Assembly: GCA_964558075.1 (NCBI GenBank)
Contig: CAZLCY010000001.1
Location: 1-48,158 of the forward strand
Reading direction: 5' to 3'
From: an uncultured Bacteroidales bacterium
GTDB lineage: Bacteria > Bacteroidota > Bacteroidia > Bacteroidales > UBA1715
DNA length: 48,158 bases
This document shows, in pieces, positions 16,781 to 26,172 of this stretch. Position numbers and translations under genes: made by a program. The notes beneath the pieces were generated by a model. That model did not search any database and had not been told where the DNA came from. It worked only from the letters and a program-made list of their open reading frames with translations. How positions within the stretch are numbered: the stretch's first letter is position 1; each line of letters begins with the position of its first letter.

Positions 16781-17443
16781 TTATGGCCTTGTAGATATAT
16801 CTCCAATAGGGTTATATGTATTGCTTGCATGTGCTTCTAATGTTCCGGGCGGGGTTTGTGGTTGTCCGCCAAAAGACGTATTATTGATTATATCGAAAAT
16901 ATTTTGCATACTATTTTGTTGCGCTTGACCCTGAATTCCAAGTTGTTCTGCTAATGATTGATTTTGTATTCCTAACAGACTTCCCATCAAATCTTCTTGT
17001 CTTTGATCTTGTAAAGACTGTGTTAAACCAGTTGTCAATGCACCCGGATTAAGAACGGTTCCGGTTGCTACACCCGTTCCGGGGCCAGATACACCTTGAT
17101 TCAATTGTCCACTGTGCATTTGCCATTTAAGTTGATCTCTGACGTGTTGTTGTGCATCGTCCTGTAGTGCCGCTTGTGCTTCTAATTGCATCTGCACCAA
17201 TTCTTTTTGCGCGTCTAATGCCGCCTGTTGTGTAAGCATAGGCATAAATGAATTCATTGCACCTAATGCCGCTTGAACTTGATTTTGTAATTGAGCCTGT
17301 GCCGAACCACCCGAACTTACGGGATATTCAGCATTACCAAATTGATCCAAAAATTGATTAATATATGACCACATATCTTGACCACTACTGTTTGTAGTAT
17401 CGGTCTGCGATTGTCCACCTTTTTTGTTGTCTTTTATTATCAT
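16781..17443 (-). CDS. Q/G-rich low-complexity protein (220 aa)
   Basis: From the ORF track, with strongly Q/A/G/L-biased composition. It is the first gene after the promoter at 17468-17496. Confidence 0.65.
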   Translation of the reverse strand: MIIKDNKKGGQSQTDTTNSSGQDMWSYINQFLDQFGNAEYPVSSGGSAQAQLQNQVQAALGAMNSFMPMLTQQAALDAQKELVQMQLEAQAALQDDAQQHVRDQLKWQMHSGQLNQGVSGPGTGVATGTVLNPGALTTGLTQSLQDQRQEDLMGSLLGIQNQSLAEQLGIQGQAQQNSMQNIFDIINNTSFGGQPQTPPGTLEAHASNTYNPIGDISTRP

Positions 17444-17467
17444 TTAATCATACACCTCCTATATTAT

Positions 17468-17496
17468 ATTATAACATAAAAAACCCCTTTTGTCAA
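17468..17496 (-). promoter_or_regulatory. consensus promoter (TTGACA-17-TATAAT) embedded in a terminator
   Basis: tgtcaa at 17491-17496 and attata at 17468-17473. The -35 box forms the loop and 3' arm of the hairpin at 17481-17503. Confidence 0.65.
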
Positions 17497-17503
17497 GGGG
17501 TTT
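17476..17503 (-). terminator. rho-independent terminator after the fibre-like gene
   Basis: The minus strand reads AAACCCCUU-GACAA-AAGGGGUUU, a 9-bp stem, followed by a run of U residues. It lies 12 nt after the stop at 17515. Confidence 0.6.
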
Positions 17504-17514
17504 CTTAGCTATTT

Positions 17515-18771
17515 TTACTTCGTTGAAACTTGTCTGCTTCCTATTGTATCAACTTCGTGGTGCACTCCAACGGTTTGAATGAGCGCATCACCCGCAAACG
17601 CATCATCTATTGAAGCTATCCGTTCAAGAGTAAATAAAAATTGATCGCCAATTTCTAAATCTGTTCCATCAATATCATCTAATGCACAAAAGTAATTTTC
17701 ATATTGCGTATCAACGGCGCATTCTCCTTCTGTAGTTTCAGTTGCGCCAAGTATTGCTCCTCCTTTTGCGATGGTATAAGCGATTTGCCACCGAATATGA
17801 TCCGTTCCAGAGGGCGCATCAACTATTTGAAAATGCACATGCGGTTTCAGGTCTGTGCCTTCTTTATATGTATGAATTAATTCAAAAGCACCGTGGACTT
17901 TTTCTCCAACTCCGAACGCATATGTTTCAATTCCGGTATCTGTGCCTGTGTTGTCAACAAAACTATCAATGTCAGGGTGTGAAGATGCGGGTTTTGAAAG
18001 TTGTGCCGATCCAAGATTAATATCGTCCCAAACCGTTTCTTCAAGTGTAAGTGTCTTATCTGTCCCACAGGCGATAATTAAATCTGAATCAGTAACCTCG
18101 TTTGTCTTAATGTAACCATCCGTCCCGTCGTAATAGACGGACATATCGGACTCTTCTCCAGTTATAATTTTTGTGTTATCTCCTAATGCAGTTATACTTT
18201 CCGTAGTTTTAAAATTCTCTGTAGCATCAGTCCAATCAATATGTTCATTCGCCTCAAACCCGTCAAGGTTATCATGATTTATTGTATCGCTTCCACCAGA
18301 TTCGTGTGTTGATGCGTGCGTTATATTAGCAAAATTTGTTCCATCATAACCAGAATCTGATAATTCTCCAGAGGCATCAAATGTGATGAAATTTCCTACG
18401 GCGCCGGGTAAACCTGATAAGGTTAATCCCACAAATTCTGGACTTGCTGTTGTATCAATATTTTGGATTGTATCTAATTCATCCGAAGTTAACTTTAAAT
18501 TTGTTTCATTATAATTTAAACTGACGGTTGGTTCTGTTGTTCCTGTAATTTCAATCGGGGCCGATTCCGATACACTTTTCACTCGTGCTTCATTTATCCA
18601 TGTAGCCGATGAGCTATCCCATGTTAATGAATCATCATTAGAAACGCCGGAAACATCTACATTATTTAAATCATTTAAATCTACATTTGAATCGCCTTCT
18701 GGTGTTACAGTTGAATGATGTAATAACGATTCCAACATTCGCATTCTGTTTTCGATTTCTGATAAATCCAA
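17515..18771 (-). CDS. putative tail fibre / receptor-binding protein (418 aa)
   Basis: The N-terminus is a short coiled coil (MDLSEIENRMRMLESLL), followed by a D/T/S/G-rich rod-like region and a C-terminal globular part. Its position is last among the tail genes. No motif-level proof. Confidence 0.4.
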   Translation of the reverse strand: MDLSEIENRMRMLESLLHHSTVTPEGDSNVDLNDLNNVDVSGVSNDDSLTWDSSSATWINEARVKSVSESAPIEITGTTEPTVSLNYNETNLKLTSDELDTIQNIDTTASPEFVGLTLSGLPGAVGNFITFDASGELSDSGYDGTNFANITHASTHESGGSDTINHDNLDGFEANEHIDWTDATENFKTTESITALGDNTKIITGEESDMSVYYDGTDGYIKTNEVTDSDLIIACGTDKTLTLEETVWDDINLGSAQLSKPASSHPDIDSFVDNTGTDTGIETYAFGVGEKVHGAFELIHTYKEGTDLKPHVHFQIVDAPSGTDHIRWQIAYTIAKGGAILGATETTEGECAVDTQYENYFCALDDIDGTDLEIGDQFLFTLERIASIDDAFAGDALIQTVGVHHEVDTIGSRQVSTK

Positions 18772-19029
18772 TTATCTCACCCTTCCGTAGCTTGAAGGTT
18801 TCAATGCTCCATAAGTCATTATTCCTCCAGTAGATTTAGCCGCAATTCCACGCATATTCTGTATTTCTGAAGTATCAACTTCTGGAAATTCAATTGAATT
18901 TATTGGATTTTCGGCGGCAGTATTATTTACATTATTAGTCGTTGTTGTATTTCTTGTAGGTGTCAAAGCACCCATAGCACCCGTAGCACCCGTAGCACCC
19001 GTATGTGCTGATTTGCCTACTATTATCAT
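18772..19029 (-). CDS. small Gly-X-Y-containing virion protein (85 aa)
   Basis: TGATGATGAMGAL is encoded by 9-bp tandem repeats at about 18964-18999. The C-terminus GGIMTYGALKPSSYGRVR is shared with the upstream 161-aa ORF. Confidence 0.55.
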   Translation of the reverse strand: MIIVGKSAHTGATGATGAMGALTPTRNTTTTNNVNNTAAENPINSIEFPEVDTSEIQNMRGIAAKSTGGIMTYGALKPSSYGRVR

Positions 19030-19033
19030 TTAA

Positions 19034-19519
19034 TTACCTCCTTTCGTAACTTCCTTGTTCTAATGCACCGTAGGTTTCAACGCCACCTAATGACATTGTA
19101 GATATACCGCTGTTTGTAGGATCATTAGTTTGATCTGTTCCCGCAAACGCTTGATCTACATACTCTTGTGCATTGGCGATGGCTTCATTATAAGCATCCG
19201 TCCAATTCATTCCCGAACCACCTGAATCTACAACAACATCGCCGATTCCAGGAATAGATACGGTTCCGACACTACCATCTCCGGGAGATAAATCAACAAT
19301 AGTAACATTAGTTTCTGGAGTTGATCCGCCACTCGTGCCCGCAATATTTTGTTGTCCTTGAGTTTCATCTGAATCCTCATCTTCGGGATCTCCAAAATCC
19401 ATTCCTTCATGTTGTGTATATGACCAATCACTTGTATTTCCGGGATTTACAGTAGATCCACCCGGACCAATTTGTGCTCCAGTTCCGGGGCCTACATAAA
19501 CTATAGGTACATTAGGCAT
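19034..19519 (-). CDS. hypothetical virion protein (161 aa), paralogous C-terminus
   Basis: The C-terminus GGVETYGALEQGSYERR aligns with that of the 85-aa ORF. The N-terminus is G-rich. Confidence 0.55.
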   Translation of the reverse strand: MPNVPIVYVGPGTGAQIGPGGSTVNPGNTSDWSYTQHEGMDFGDPEDEDSDETQGQQNIAGTSGGSTPETNVTIVDLSPGDGSVGTVSIPGIGDVVVDSGGSGMNWTDAYNEAIANAQEYVDQAFAGTDQTNDPTNSGISTMSLGGVETYGALEQGSYERR

Positions 19520-21027
19520 TAGCTAAACCCCCTTAATTCTCGCTGTATCCACGCATCAATAATCAATTTTTTCAATACTAATTCACCGTTTCCTTCTATC
19601 CGTAAAACACATTCAACAAAAGGCCTATTATTAGTTATTGGAATAATATATCCTTTATTATTTACATTAGATATTGTTTCTGCCAAAACAAAATCATCAT
19701 TAGGATCTATTCGAGTGTATATTTTAATTGTTTGTACTTCGACTCCATCAATACGAATTCTTCGTAATATTTTCTCTTTTGTAGGATAACCGAGATTTAA
19801 TGCGGGTGTTATTAGATATGGCGCAATACCACTACCAATATCAGTAATAGTGTATTTACCTAATGTTACTACACCCTGTTTTCCAAGCCAACAAGATGTT
19901 TTTGCAAAATGAACTCTCGCCGCGTAATGCGATGTTGTGCCGTCAGTTATTCCCAAATCGCTCCAATTACCCCACGTATTGTTTCTAACATTATAGACGT
20001 AATTAGTTTCCGTATCATTTATATCGGTACATACAACAACACCTTGTGCTTCATCAGGATATAAATATACTATCTTGTTTCTTAAACTATCTGCCACAAC
20101 ATATGGATTATCAGTATAAGGGCCAAGCTGTTGTATTCCTTTTGAGCCAAGCGTAATTAATCCTAAATCAGATAACCACATATATATGCGACCATTAAAA
20201 GGACAAAAAGATCGTTGACCGCCGGGAAGATAATTATTACTATTAAACACTTCAGTAAATGAAGACATTGTAATATATTGAGTATCTCCCAAAGTATATA
20301 TTTTTTTGAATACTCTAATTCCGGGTTTATTACTATTACCCATCATTAAGACGTAAAATTCTCCAGCAATATTTTCCATATGTATTATTTTTTCTCCACC
20401 CCAACCGAGGACAAAGAATTCATTACCACCTACTTTATCATAACCCTCGGATATATCTCCTCGTTCAGAGTATTTTAATACATTATCATCCGTAGCAACA
20501 AATAACCTCGCTTCAGTAACACCACAGACACCTTTAAAATCTGAATCAATTACATATTCCCACACAGGCGCTCCGCCACTAATAGTTATTTTATATACAG
20601 GTGTATCGCTTCCGCCGACGGCGAGAAAAACATCATTAAACGGTGCAAATGTTATACTTCCATCTTCGGAAACATTTTTATTATATGTCGCCGTAGCGAT
20701 TGCACCGGTAGCTTTATCATATACATATCCGGTTGAACCATCTGATATTTTACACCATCGTAATGAACCTCCGTTTAACGCATAAATATAAAATCCTGTC
20801 CAAACACATGCGCCTATTACTGTGTTATGTTCACAACTATCTTCCATAACAACTAATTCTGGACGGGATCTAATAATTCCATTTACAATTGCTGTATTAT
20901 GTCCATGATAAAATCCTAATGGTATATTAGGTTCTTGAAGATTAATGTCCATTGAATCATCAACCATCGGATAATGTCCTTTATTTATAGGAACAACAAC
21001 ACTAAATTCTCTATTCGCTCGTCCCAT
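19519..21027 (-). CDS. structural protein (502 aa), possibly tail tubular/nozzle-like
   Basis: The call rests on the ORF track, 1-nt start/stop overlaps with both neighbours, and position between the head and fibre genes. Position is the only functional evidence. Confidence 0.4.
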   Translation of the reverse strand: MGRANREFSVVVPINKGHYPMVDDSMDINLQEPNIPLGFYHGHNTAIVNGIIRSRPELVVMEDSCEHNTVIGACVWTGFYIYALNGGSLRWCKISDGSTGYVYDKATGAIATATYNKNVSEDGSITFAPFNDVFLAVGGSDTPVYKITISGGAPVWEYVIDSDFKGVCGVTEARLFVATDDNVLKYSERGDISEGYDKVGGNEFFVLGWGGEKIIHMENIAGEFYVLMMGNSNKPGIRVFKKIYTLGDTQYITMSSFTEVFNSNNYLPGGQRSFCPFNGRIYMWLSDLGLITLGSKGIQQLGPYTDNPYVVADSLRNKIVYLYPDEAQGVVVCTDINDTETNYVYNVRNNTWGNWSDLGITDGTTSHYAARVHFAKTSCWLGKQGVVTLGKYTITDIGSGIAPYLITPALNLGYPTKEKILRRIRIDGVEVQTIKIYTRIDPNDDFVLAETISNVNNKGYIIPITNNRPFVECVLRIEGNGELVLKKLIIDAWIQRELRGFS

Positions 21028-22103
21028 TAAAATTCCTCTCCTTCTAATGCGATTCTATCATCGGTAATAACGTCTGAAGTATTCATATAATTTATGATTG
21101 CATGACGTATTTTTTGTCCATACATTTGCCCATATAATTTCATTTTTTCAAAATTCCCATCGATTTGATTAGCATACATTAACGTCTGATAGAATACGGC
21201 ATTATGATATTCTGCAGGAATTTTGGGCACATCATAATCATTATTCAACCGCAAGGGTGCAGTATCGTAATATTTAATAGTTAACGTTGTTGTATATTTA
21301 GGTGCTGGATAAACTTTAACTTCCCAATGGTTTCTATAAATTTTAACAGAATCCTCATCATTAAAAGTAAAATCATTCTGTTTAAGAGTACATGTTCCCG
21401 ATGTTGATGATTCGACTACACCCGTACCGGCAATTGTGGCTTCGTCTGTAATATAACAACCTAAATAATAATTATCAGGTTGTCCTAAATTATTGACATC
21501 TATTGAAGACCCCGATCCCGTTATAAGTGTTCCGTCGTACAATACATCATCATTATAGCCAATATAAGTGTATTTATCTACTGTACCAAGTGTATTAATT
21601 TTTTCGGCATCGCGCTTAAATACACGTTCAGCTATATGTGTTAAATAACCGTTATAAATAGATGTATTTGTATATTCATAATTTATAAATCTTATTTGAT
21701 GAGTATGTGGGATAAAAAAACTAACGGCGGAAACTGTTGGAGTTCCAGAAGTATTTTCAATCTGTCCGGGAGATTCTAATGTGATAGTATCTGCTGTATA
21801 ATCAATAGAAGATATTTTACAATTATCAATATTATTACCCGACTTAATTACCACTAACTGTCCCTGAATAAATTCAGACGCATCGTCCACCGTTATTTGT
21901 GTTGCACTTGTCCACGTTGTTACGGTTGTTTTTGGTAATTTAATCGTTAACGTTTTCCATCTTGTGGGCCAATTAACCGCTTGCAAACAATCCATATAAG
22001 CATCATTTAAGATGGATAGTAATTTACTATCGCTGAAATATGAATAATTAGAATCCTCATTATAATATAAATAGAATTTATCTTTTAGTTCTTTTACGTT
22101 CAC
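21027..22103 (-). CDS. structural protein (358 aa), possibly adaptor/tail tubular
   Basis: It uses a GTG start 10 nt after GGAG. Position is the only functional evidence. Confidence 0.4.
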   Translation of the reverse strand: MNVKELKDKFYLYYNEDSNYSYFSDSKLLSILNDAYMDCLQAVNWPTRWKTLTIKLPKTTVTTWTSATQITVDDASEFIQGQLVVIKSGNNIDNCKISSIDYTADTITLESPGQIENTSGTPTVSAVSFFIPHTHQIRFINYEYTNTSIYNGYLTHIAERVFKRDAEKINTLGTVDKYTYIGYNDDVLYDGTLITGSGSSIDVNNLGQPDNYYLGCYITDEATIAGTGVVESSTSGTCTLKQNDFTFNDEDSVKIYRNHWEVKVYPAPKYTTTLTIKYYDTAPLRLNNDYDVPKIPAEYHNAVFYQTLMYANQIDGNFEKMKLYGQMYGQKIRHAIINYMNTSDVITDDRIALEGEEF

Positions 22104-22206
22104 GTTTTATTTTCTCCAATCTCTTTCGCCGTTTTCGTTTTTTATCTTTCTTTTTTATCCATTTAAGATGTTCATCTTTAAATATTTTATATCCATTAAA
22201 TTTCAT
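22078..22206 (-). CDS. possible small highly basic protein (42 aa)
   Basis: Hand-translated as MKFNGYKIFKDEHLKWIKKKDKKRKRRKRLEKIKRERKRTKR. Its ATG overlaps the upstream stop (TAATG). It has no independent RBS. Confidence 0.3.
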   Translation of the reverse strand: MKFNGYKIFKDEHLKWIKKKDKKRKRRKRLEKIKRERKRTKR

Positions 22207-22508
22207 TATTTAGCCGTAAGAACTAATGCAAATGCACCTGTTCCTGTTAGTACGGTAAAACACCCCGCAGTCATCGGTATAGGGTTACTTAATAGAACAC
22301 TCGGTGATGGACACTCTGTAGTTCCCTGTAACGCTAATATTTCATCACCATCTGCGCTATCCGCATCATAAATTTTAACAGTCGCATCTTCAGATCCGCG
22401 GTATAAAATTACACCCCATAATTCTCCAAATATATTAGCAGAATCAAGCGACATTACGTCTGCATTACTTCCCGTTTCCACTTTCGTCGTTTTTAATTCT
22501 TGAAACAC
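22206..22508 (-). CDS. hypothetical virion protein (100 aa)
   Basis: From the ORF track. No motif recognised. Confidence 0.5.
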   Translation of the reverse strand: MFQELKTTKVETGSNADVMSLDSANIFGELWGVILYRGSEDATVKIYDADSADGDEILALQGTTECPSPSVLLSNPIPMTAGCFTVLTGTGAFALVLTAK

Positions 22509-22827
22509 GAATATCTCTCCTTTCCATAATTATTTTATCAACTTTACTTTCTATTCGCCGTTGGTTATTTGCTATTTCTTTAAGACTATCAAATGCAAAA
22601 TTCCATATACGTTCGTTACTTAATCGTTGTAATTCAAGTACCGTTTCCATTTTTTCCCACAGTCGAGTTTGATTACTATCATCGCGGCAATTTCTAAGTT
22701 TGATTGCTTCGTTTCGAATTTTCATCCAATCGTCTATCTTTGGTGCGATAATCCACAGTAACGCGATTATAAATCCGCCTATTGAAAGTCCGCCAACTAT
22801 TAATGCAACGGACATTAACTCACTCAT
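22465..22827 (-). CDS. membrane-anchored protein (120 aa)
   Basis: It has an N-terminal hydrophobic helix (VALIVGGLSIGGFIIALLWIIAP) followed by a charged helical domain. RBS GAGGTGG lies upstream. Confidence 0.5.
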   Translation of the reverse strand: MSELMSVALIVGGLSIGGFIIALLWIIAPKIDDWMKIRNEAIKLRNCRDDSNQTRLWEKMETVLELQRLSNERIWNFAFDSLKEIANNQRRIESKVDKIIMERRDIRVSRIKNDESGNGK

Positions 22828-22853
22828 TATTCCACCTCGTTATAAAACATGTA

Positions 22854-22876
22854 AGGGGAAACTAAACGCTTCCCCT
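22854..22876 (-). terminator. terminator-like hairpin after the 448-aa gene
   Basis: AGGGGAA pairs with TTCCCCT in a 7-bp stem with a 9-nt loop. On the minus strand it is followed by UACAUGUUUUAU, an imperfect U tract. Confidence 0.4.
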
Positions 22877-22885
22877 CCTCAATCT

Positions 22886-24232
22886 TTAAAATATTACTAT
22901 ACAATCTTCACCACGTGCCGTTGCCCCAGCAGGGCCAGCACGACCTATTCTCATAGAATGATTATCTGCAGACGCTTTAACTTTAACTGTTGTTTCAGTT
23001 CCTGTTGCGACATCGCCAGTTAAAACTTTCGTAACAGTTTTAAAAGCAGAATTCATCGAAGTAGTGGTTGTTCCATCAAGTTCCTGCGAATCATATTGTG
23101 CTGATCCATCCGTACCGGTTCCAACCAATCCAATTTGTTTCACTGATGCGCCGTCAGCCTCAACAGTAGGAATCACATTAAATGCTCTAACATCTGTTCC
23201 CGTTACATCAGTAACTCCAGCAGAATCTGTACCCGTTGCTAATGTTGTAATTTCTCCGTTAGTTGATGCTTCACGAATTGTAATTGTTCCGGCGTGTCCA
23301 CCCGTTAAGGCTTCGACTCCAAGAACAAGATTCATATCTGTTGCAGTCGATGCGACCGGGGTTGTACCATCAGACGCATCTGTAGTAACGTCTTCATAAA
23401 GAACTTCATCAGTTGCACCACCATCATAAACGGAATACCAAATACGAAAATCCATTGAGGTATCAGCAGAATCATCTGAAAGAATTTCGATACCGTCATC
23501 TTGCGGTTGATTACTAAAATCTCCAGCTTCAGTAACTTCTTTAATTACTGAACCTTTCATAGCAGTAGTAACAAATTGACTTACTCGTCCATCATCCCCG
23601 CATTTTACAAGTGCTCCACCATCAACGGCTTCGTCAGCTGTTACAGTTGTGAAACCTTGTATAGCCAATTCGAATTCATTGCCAGAAAAAACCGTAGTCA
23701 TTTCACTCACATTTACACCACAGACTGTATCACTATTTACAGACCCAGGAACTAAATCCCCGGAATCATCAATTTCACAAAATCTATGGCTATCTATATC
23801 ATCATCTGCAGTAACTTCCATTAAAGTAAAATCTTCATCTGCTTCACGTGCAATTACACCATCGATTCGAAAATCAAGATCAGCATCTGATACAAATTCC
23901 CACTCATCACCATCGGAAGTGATGTATGTGTTTGAATCTGCAAAATAAATACTCTGTCCAGAAGCTAATGTAACCTCTTCTGCCACACCCTCAAAAGCGC
24001 AATCATCAGAATCTCCGCGATTGACATAAACAAATACATCGCCAGTATCGGCATCTGTTTTAATAAACAGACAACCAACAGCATATCCTGAATCACTATC
24101 AGCCGGTTTAATTTCACCTGACGCTAAAAGCAAATTACCATCATCATCATATATGAGTGCGGTTACTCCCGTGTTATCGGGAGTAACGCTATCACCATAC
24201 AGCCTAATACTATTAAATCCAGTAGCACCCAT
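22886..24232 (-). CDS. acidic T/D/G-rich structural protein (448 aa), possible head fibre/decoration
   Basis: Its ATG overlaps the MCP stop (ATGA-type coupling at 24232). The composition suggests beta-rich repeats. No motif recognised. Confidence 0.45.
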   Translation of the reverse strand: MGATGFNSIRLYGDSVTPDNTGVTALIYDDDGNLLLASGEIKPADSDSGYAVGCLFIKTDADTGDVFVYVNRGDSDDCAFEGVAEEVTLASGQSIYFADSNTYITSDGDEWEFVSDADLDFRIDGVIAREADEDFTLMEVTADDDIDSHRFCEIDDSGDLVPGSVNSDTVCGVNVSEMTTVFSGNEFELAIQGFTTVTADEAVDGGALVKCGDDGRVSQFVTTAMKGSVIKEVTEAGDFSNQPQDDGIEILSDDSADTSMDFRIWYSVYDGGATDEVLYEDVTTDASDGTTPVASTATDMNLVLGVEALTGGHAGTITIREASTNGEITTLATGTDSAGVTDVTGTDVRAFNVIPTVEADGASVKQIGLVGTGTDGSAQYDSQELDGTTTTSMNSAFKTVTKVLTGDVATGTETTVKVKASADNHSMRIGRAGPAGATARGEDCIVIF

Positions 24233-25119
24233 TAAGAACCAGCTCCTGCGCTTTTATGCCATTCGGAATAACCAGCAGACAATCTAAATCTTACTTTATA
24301 CCAAGTATCGTCAGTATAAGGATCTTTTTCTTCTTTGCCATTAATTTTCTCACGCCAGAATACAGTAATTCCGCCAGAGAAAGGTTTCGGAACAACATGC
24401 CAATTGCTTTCTGATTCAATATAGGGATCAGCAAGATGTGTTAACATATTATAGAAATATGAAATGTCGTTATTGGCGGTTCCATATTCATTCGGTGTTC
24501 CAAGCAATTTAGTTGCTAACGGATCAAGTTCAATCGGAACTAACAATTTATACTCTTCAGAGAACGGAATCGGATGTTCCTCTGCCGATTTTTGGTTCTT
24601 CAAAAGAACAATCATATTTTCTAATGACACTCTTCCAAGTGAAACATCGCCAAGCAGATTACTCTGCGTTCCTTCTAATGAAGGGTGAGAATCAGAGAAT
24701 AATGAAACTCCGTCGTAACCAATATTTGAAAAGCCATCATTAATTGTCGTATGTGCTACCGATTCAATAGTGAAACGTGCCGCGTCAAACAGAAGTTGTG
24801 GGAATTTTTTAAGCTGTCCGTACAGCTCGTCATCCTTAGCTTCTTTCGACCATTTGAGTGCATAACCATAACTGATATGTTCGTATTCAATCTCGTATCC
24901 CGGAGTAATTTCTCCAAATTCATACGAGGACATTTCCGGTTTTTCCGGTATGTTTTTGATTCCCCAGAGAGAGTAATCAGTTTCTTTTTGTTGTTTAGAA
25001 GTCCGAACATCACAAAACTGTTTGTAAATCCACGGATATTTCTTAAACATATTAAACAGTACACGGTACAATCCCGGTGAATATAACGGGGTTGCAGTAT
25101 TTCTGTTAAAAGTACCCAC
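24232..25119 (-). CDS. putative major capsid protein (295 aa)
   Basis: It uses a GTG start after AAAGGAGGTGG. It follows a decoration-like gene and a scaffold-like gene downstream of the portal. Its size fits lambda-E/HK97-fold capsid proteins. The call rests on position and size. Confidence 0.55.
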   Translation of the reverse strand: MGTFNRNTATPLYSPGLYRVLFNMFKKYPWIYKQFCDVRTSKQQKETDYSLWGIKNIPEKPEMSSYEFGEITPGYEIEYEHISYGYALKWSKEAKDDELYGQLKKFPQLLFDAARFTIESVAHTTINDGFSNIGYDGVSLFSDSHPSLEGTQSNLLGDVSLGRVSLENMIVLLKNQKSAEEHPIPFSEEYKLLVPIELDPLATKLLGTPNEYGTANNDISYFYNMLTHLADPYIESESNWHVVPKPFSGGITVFWREKINGKEEKDPYTDDTWYKVRFRLSAGYSEWHKSAGAGS

Positions 25120-25163
25120 GAAACCACCTCCTTTCGTGGTATTTAAATTTTAGTTATTAATCA

Positions 25164-25649
25164 TTATGCATATAACTGATAGTGATCTTCGGCCACTTTT
25201 ACAAGGTATCTTGCAAACTGATCACCTTCGGTATCACGACTATCCAATCCTACAATTACGAGCGTCGCTTCCGCGGCATCTCCAATGTTTGCAACATCAA
25301 CCGCACACTTATTCGAAGTAACTTTAAATTGCGTAGCAGATCCAACGTTATCCATCGAATTAACTGCGCTTGCTTCAGTATCATGATACGGCGACATTGA
25401 AAAAACTGCTCCGGGTGCTAACGCTACCGGAATCATTGTTCCCGCTTCACCACTTGCATCTTTCATTGCCATACCAAGAATTTTTTCGTTAGCGTTTCCA
25501 GCACATTCTGTAAGCTGTCCATCACCGTCAAGATATACGAATTGCCCTTTTTCAAAAGATTCACTTTCATCTTCTTCATACCACCTAATTTTATTATGAC
25601 CAGAATCATAACTAACAAGGCTCATTTCCATTATTTTGTCAGGACTCAT
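25164..25649 (-). CDS. putative head decoration / DUF2190-like protein (161 aa)
   Basis: It lies immediately upstream of the MCP candidate. The segment FEKGQFVYLDGDGQLTECAG..ILGMAM resembles small capsid accessory proteins. Weak call. Confidence 0.35.
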   Translation of the reverse strand: MSPDKIMEMSLVSYDSGHNKIRWYEEDESESFEKGQFVYLDGDGQLTECAGNANEKILGMAMKDASGEAGTMIPVALAPGAVFSMSPYHDTEASAVNSMDNVGSATQFKVTSNKCAVDVANIGDAAEATLVIVGLDSRDTEGDQFARYLVKVAEDHYQLYA

Positions 25650-25656
25650 TTACTTA

Positions 25657-26172
25657 TCACCTCCCCCTCTTCATTAGATATTTGCCATTATGTTTTATTT
25701 TTGTTCTTACATCGTCAGGGCCAAGAAAATTATTTCTAACCTCCTGTGCCGTCTGAATTTTAGTTCTAATTTTATGGCGTCGATATTCCCTTTCTGCATC
25801 ACCAATTCTTTTTGGGCGGTGATACAATACATATCGTTCACCTTCGCGTTCGATTACATTACGATTTTCTAATCCAACATCGCTTGCAAATTTGGCTTTT
25901 ACAATGGGATCATCACATACCTTGAATCCTCGACGTTCACGCTTTTCTTTTTCGCCTTGATTATCTACACGAACAAACGCGTATTCCATACCAGAAACAA
26001 TTTTACCGGCCTCATTACGCGTGTTTCTTTCATTTTCAAGCTCAAATATATTATAGGGTTTAAACATTTCATTGACGTTAATATCGTTAACATCCTTCCA
26101 TGCCGCTTCGGGATTATAAGTATCAGCTACTTCAACATTATTTTTATTTACTTTTGATCTTCTCTCTGACAT
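25657..26172 (-). CDS. hypothetical head-module protein (171 aa)
   Basis: From the ORF track. It is basic and charged. Its start overlaps the upstream stop by 1 nt. Confidence 0.5.
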   Translation of the reverse strand: MSERRSKVNKNNVEVADTYNPEAAWKDVNDINVNEMFKPYNIFELENERNTRNEAGKIVSGMEYAFVRVDNQGEKEKRERRGFKVCDDPIVKAKFASDVGLENRNVIEREGERYVLYHRPKRIGDAEREYRRHKIRTKIQTAQEVRNNFLGPDDVRTKIKHNGKYLMKRGR

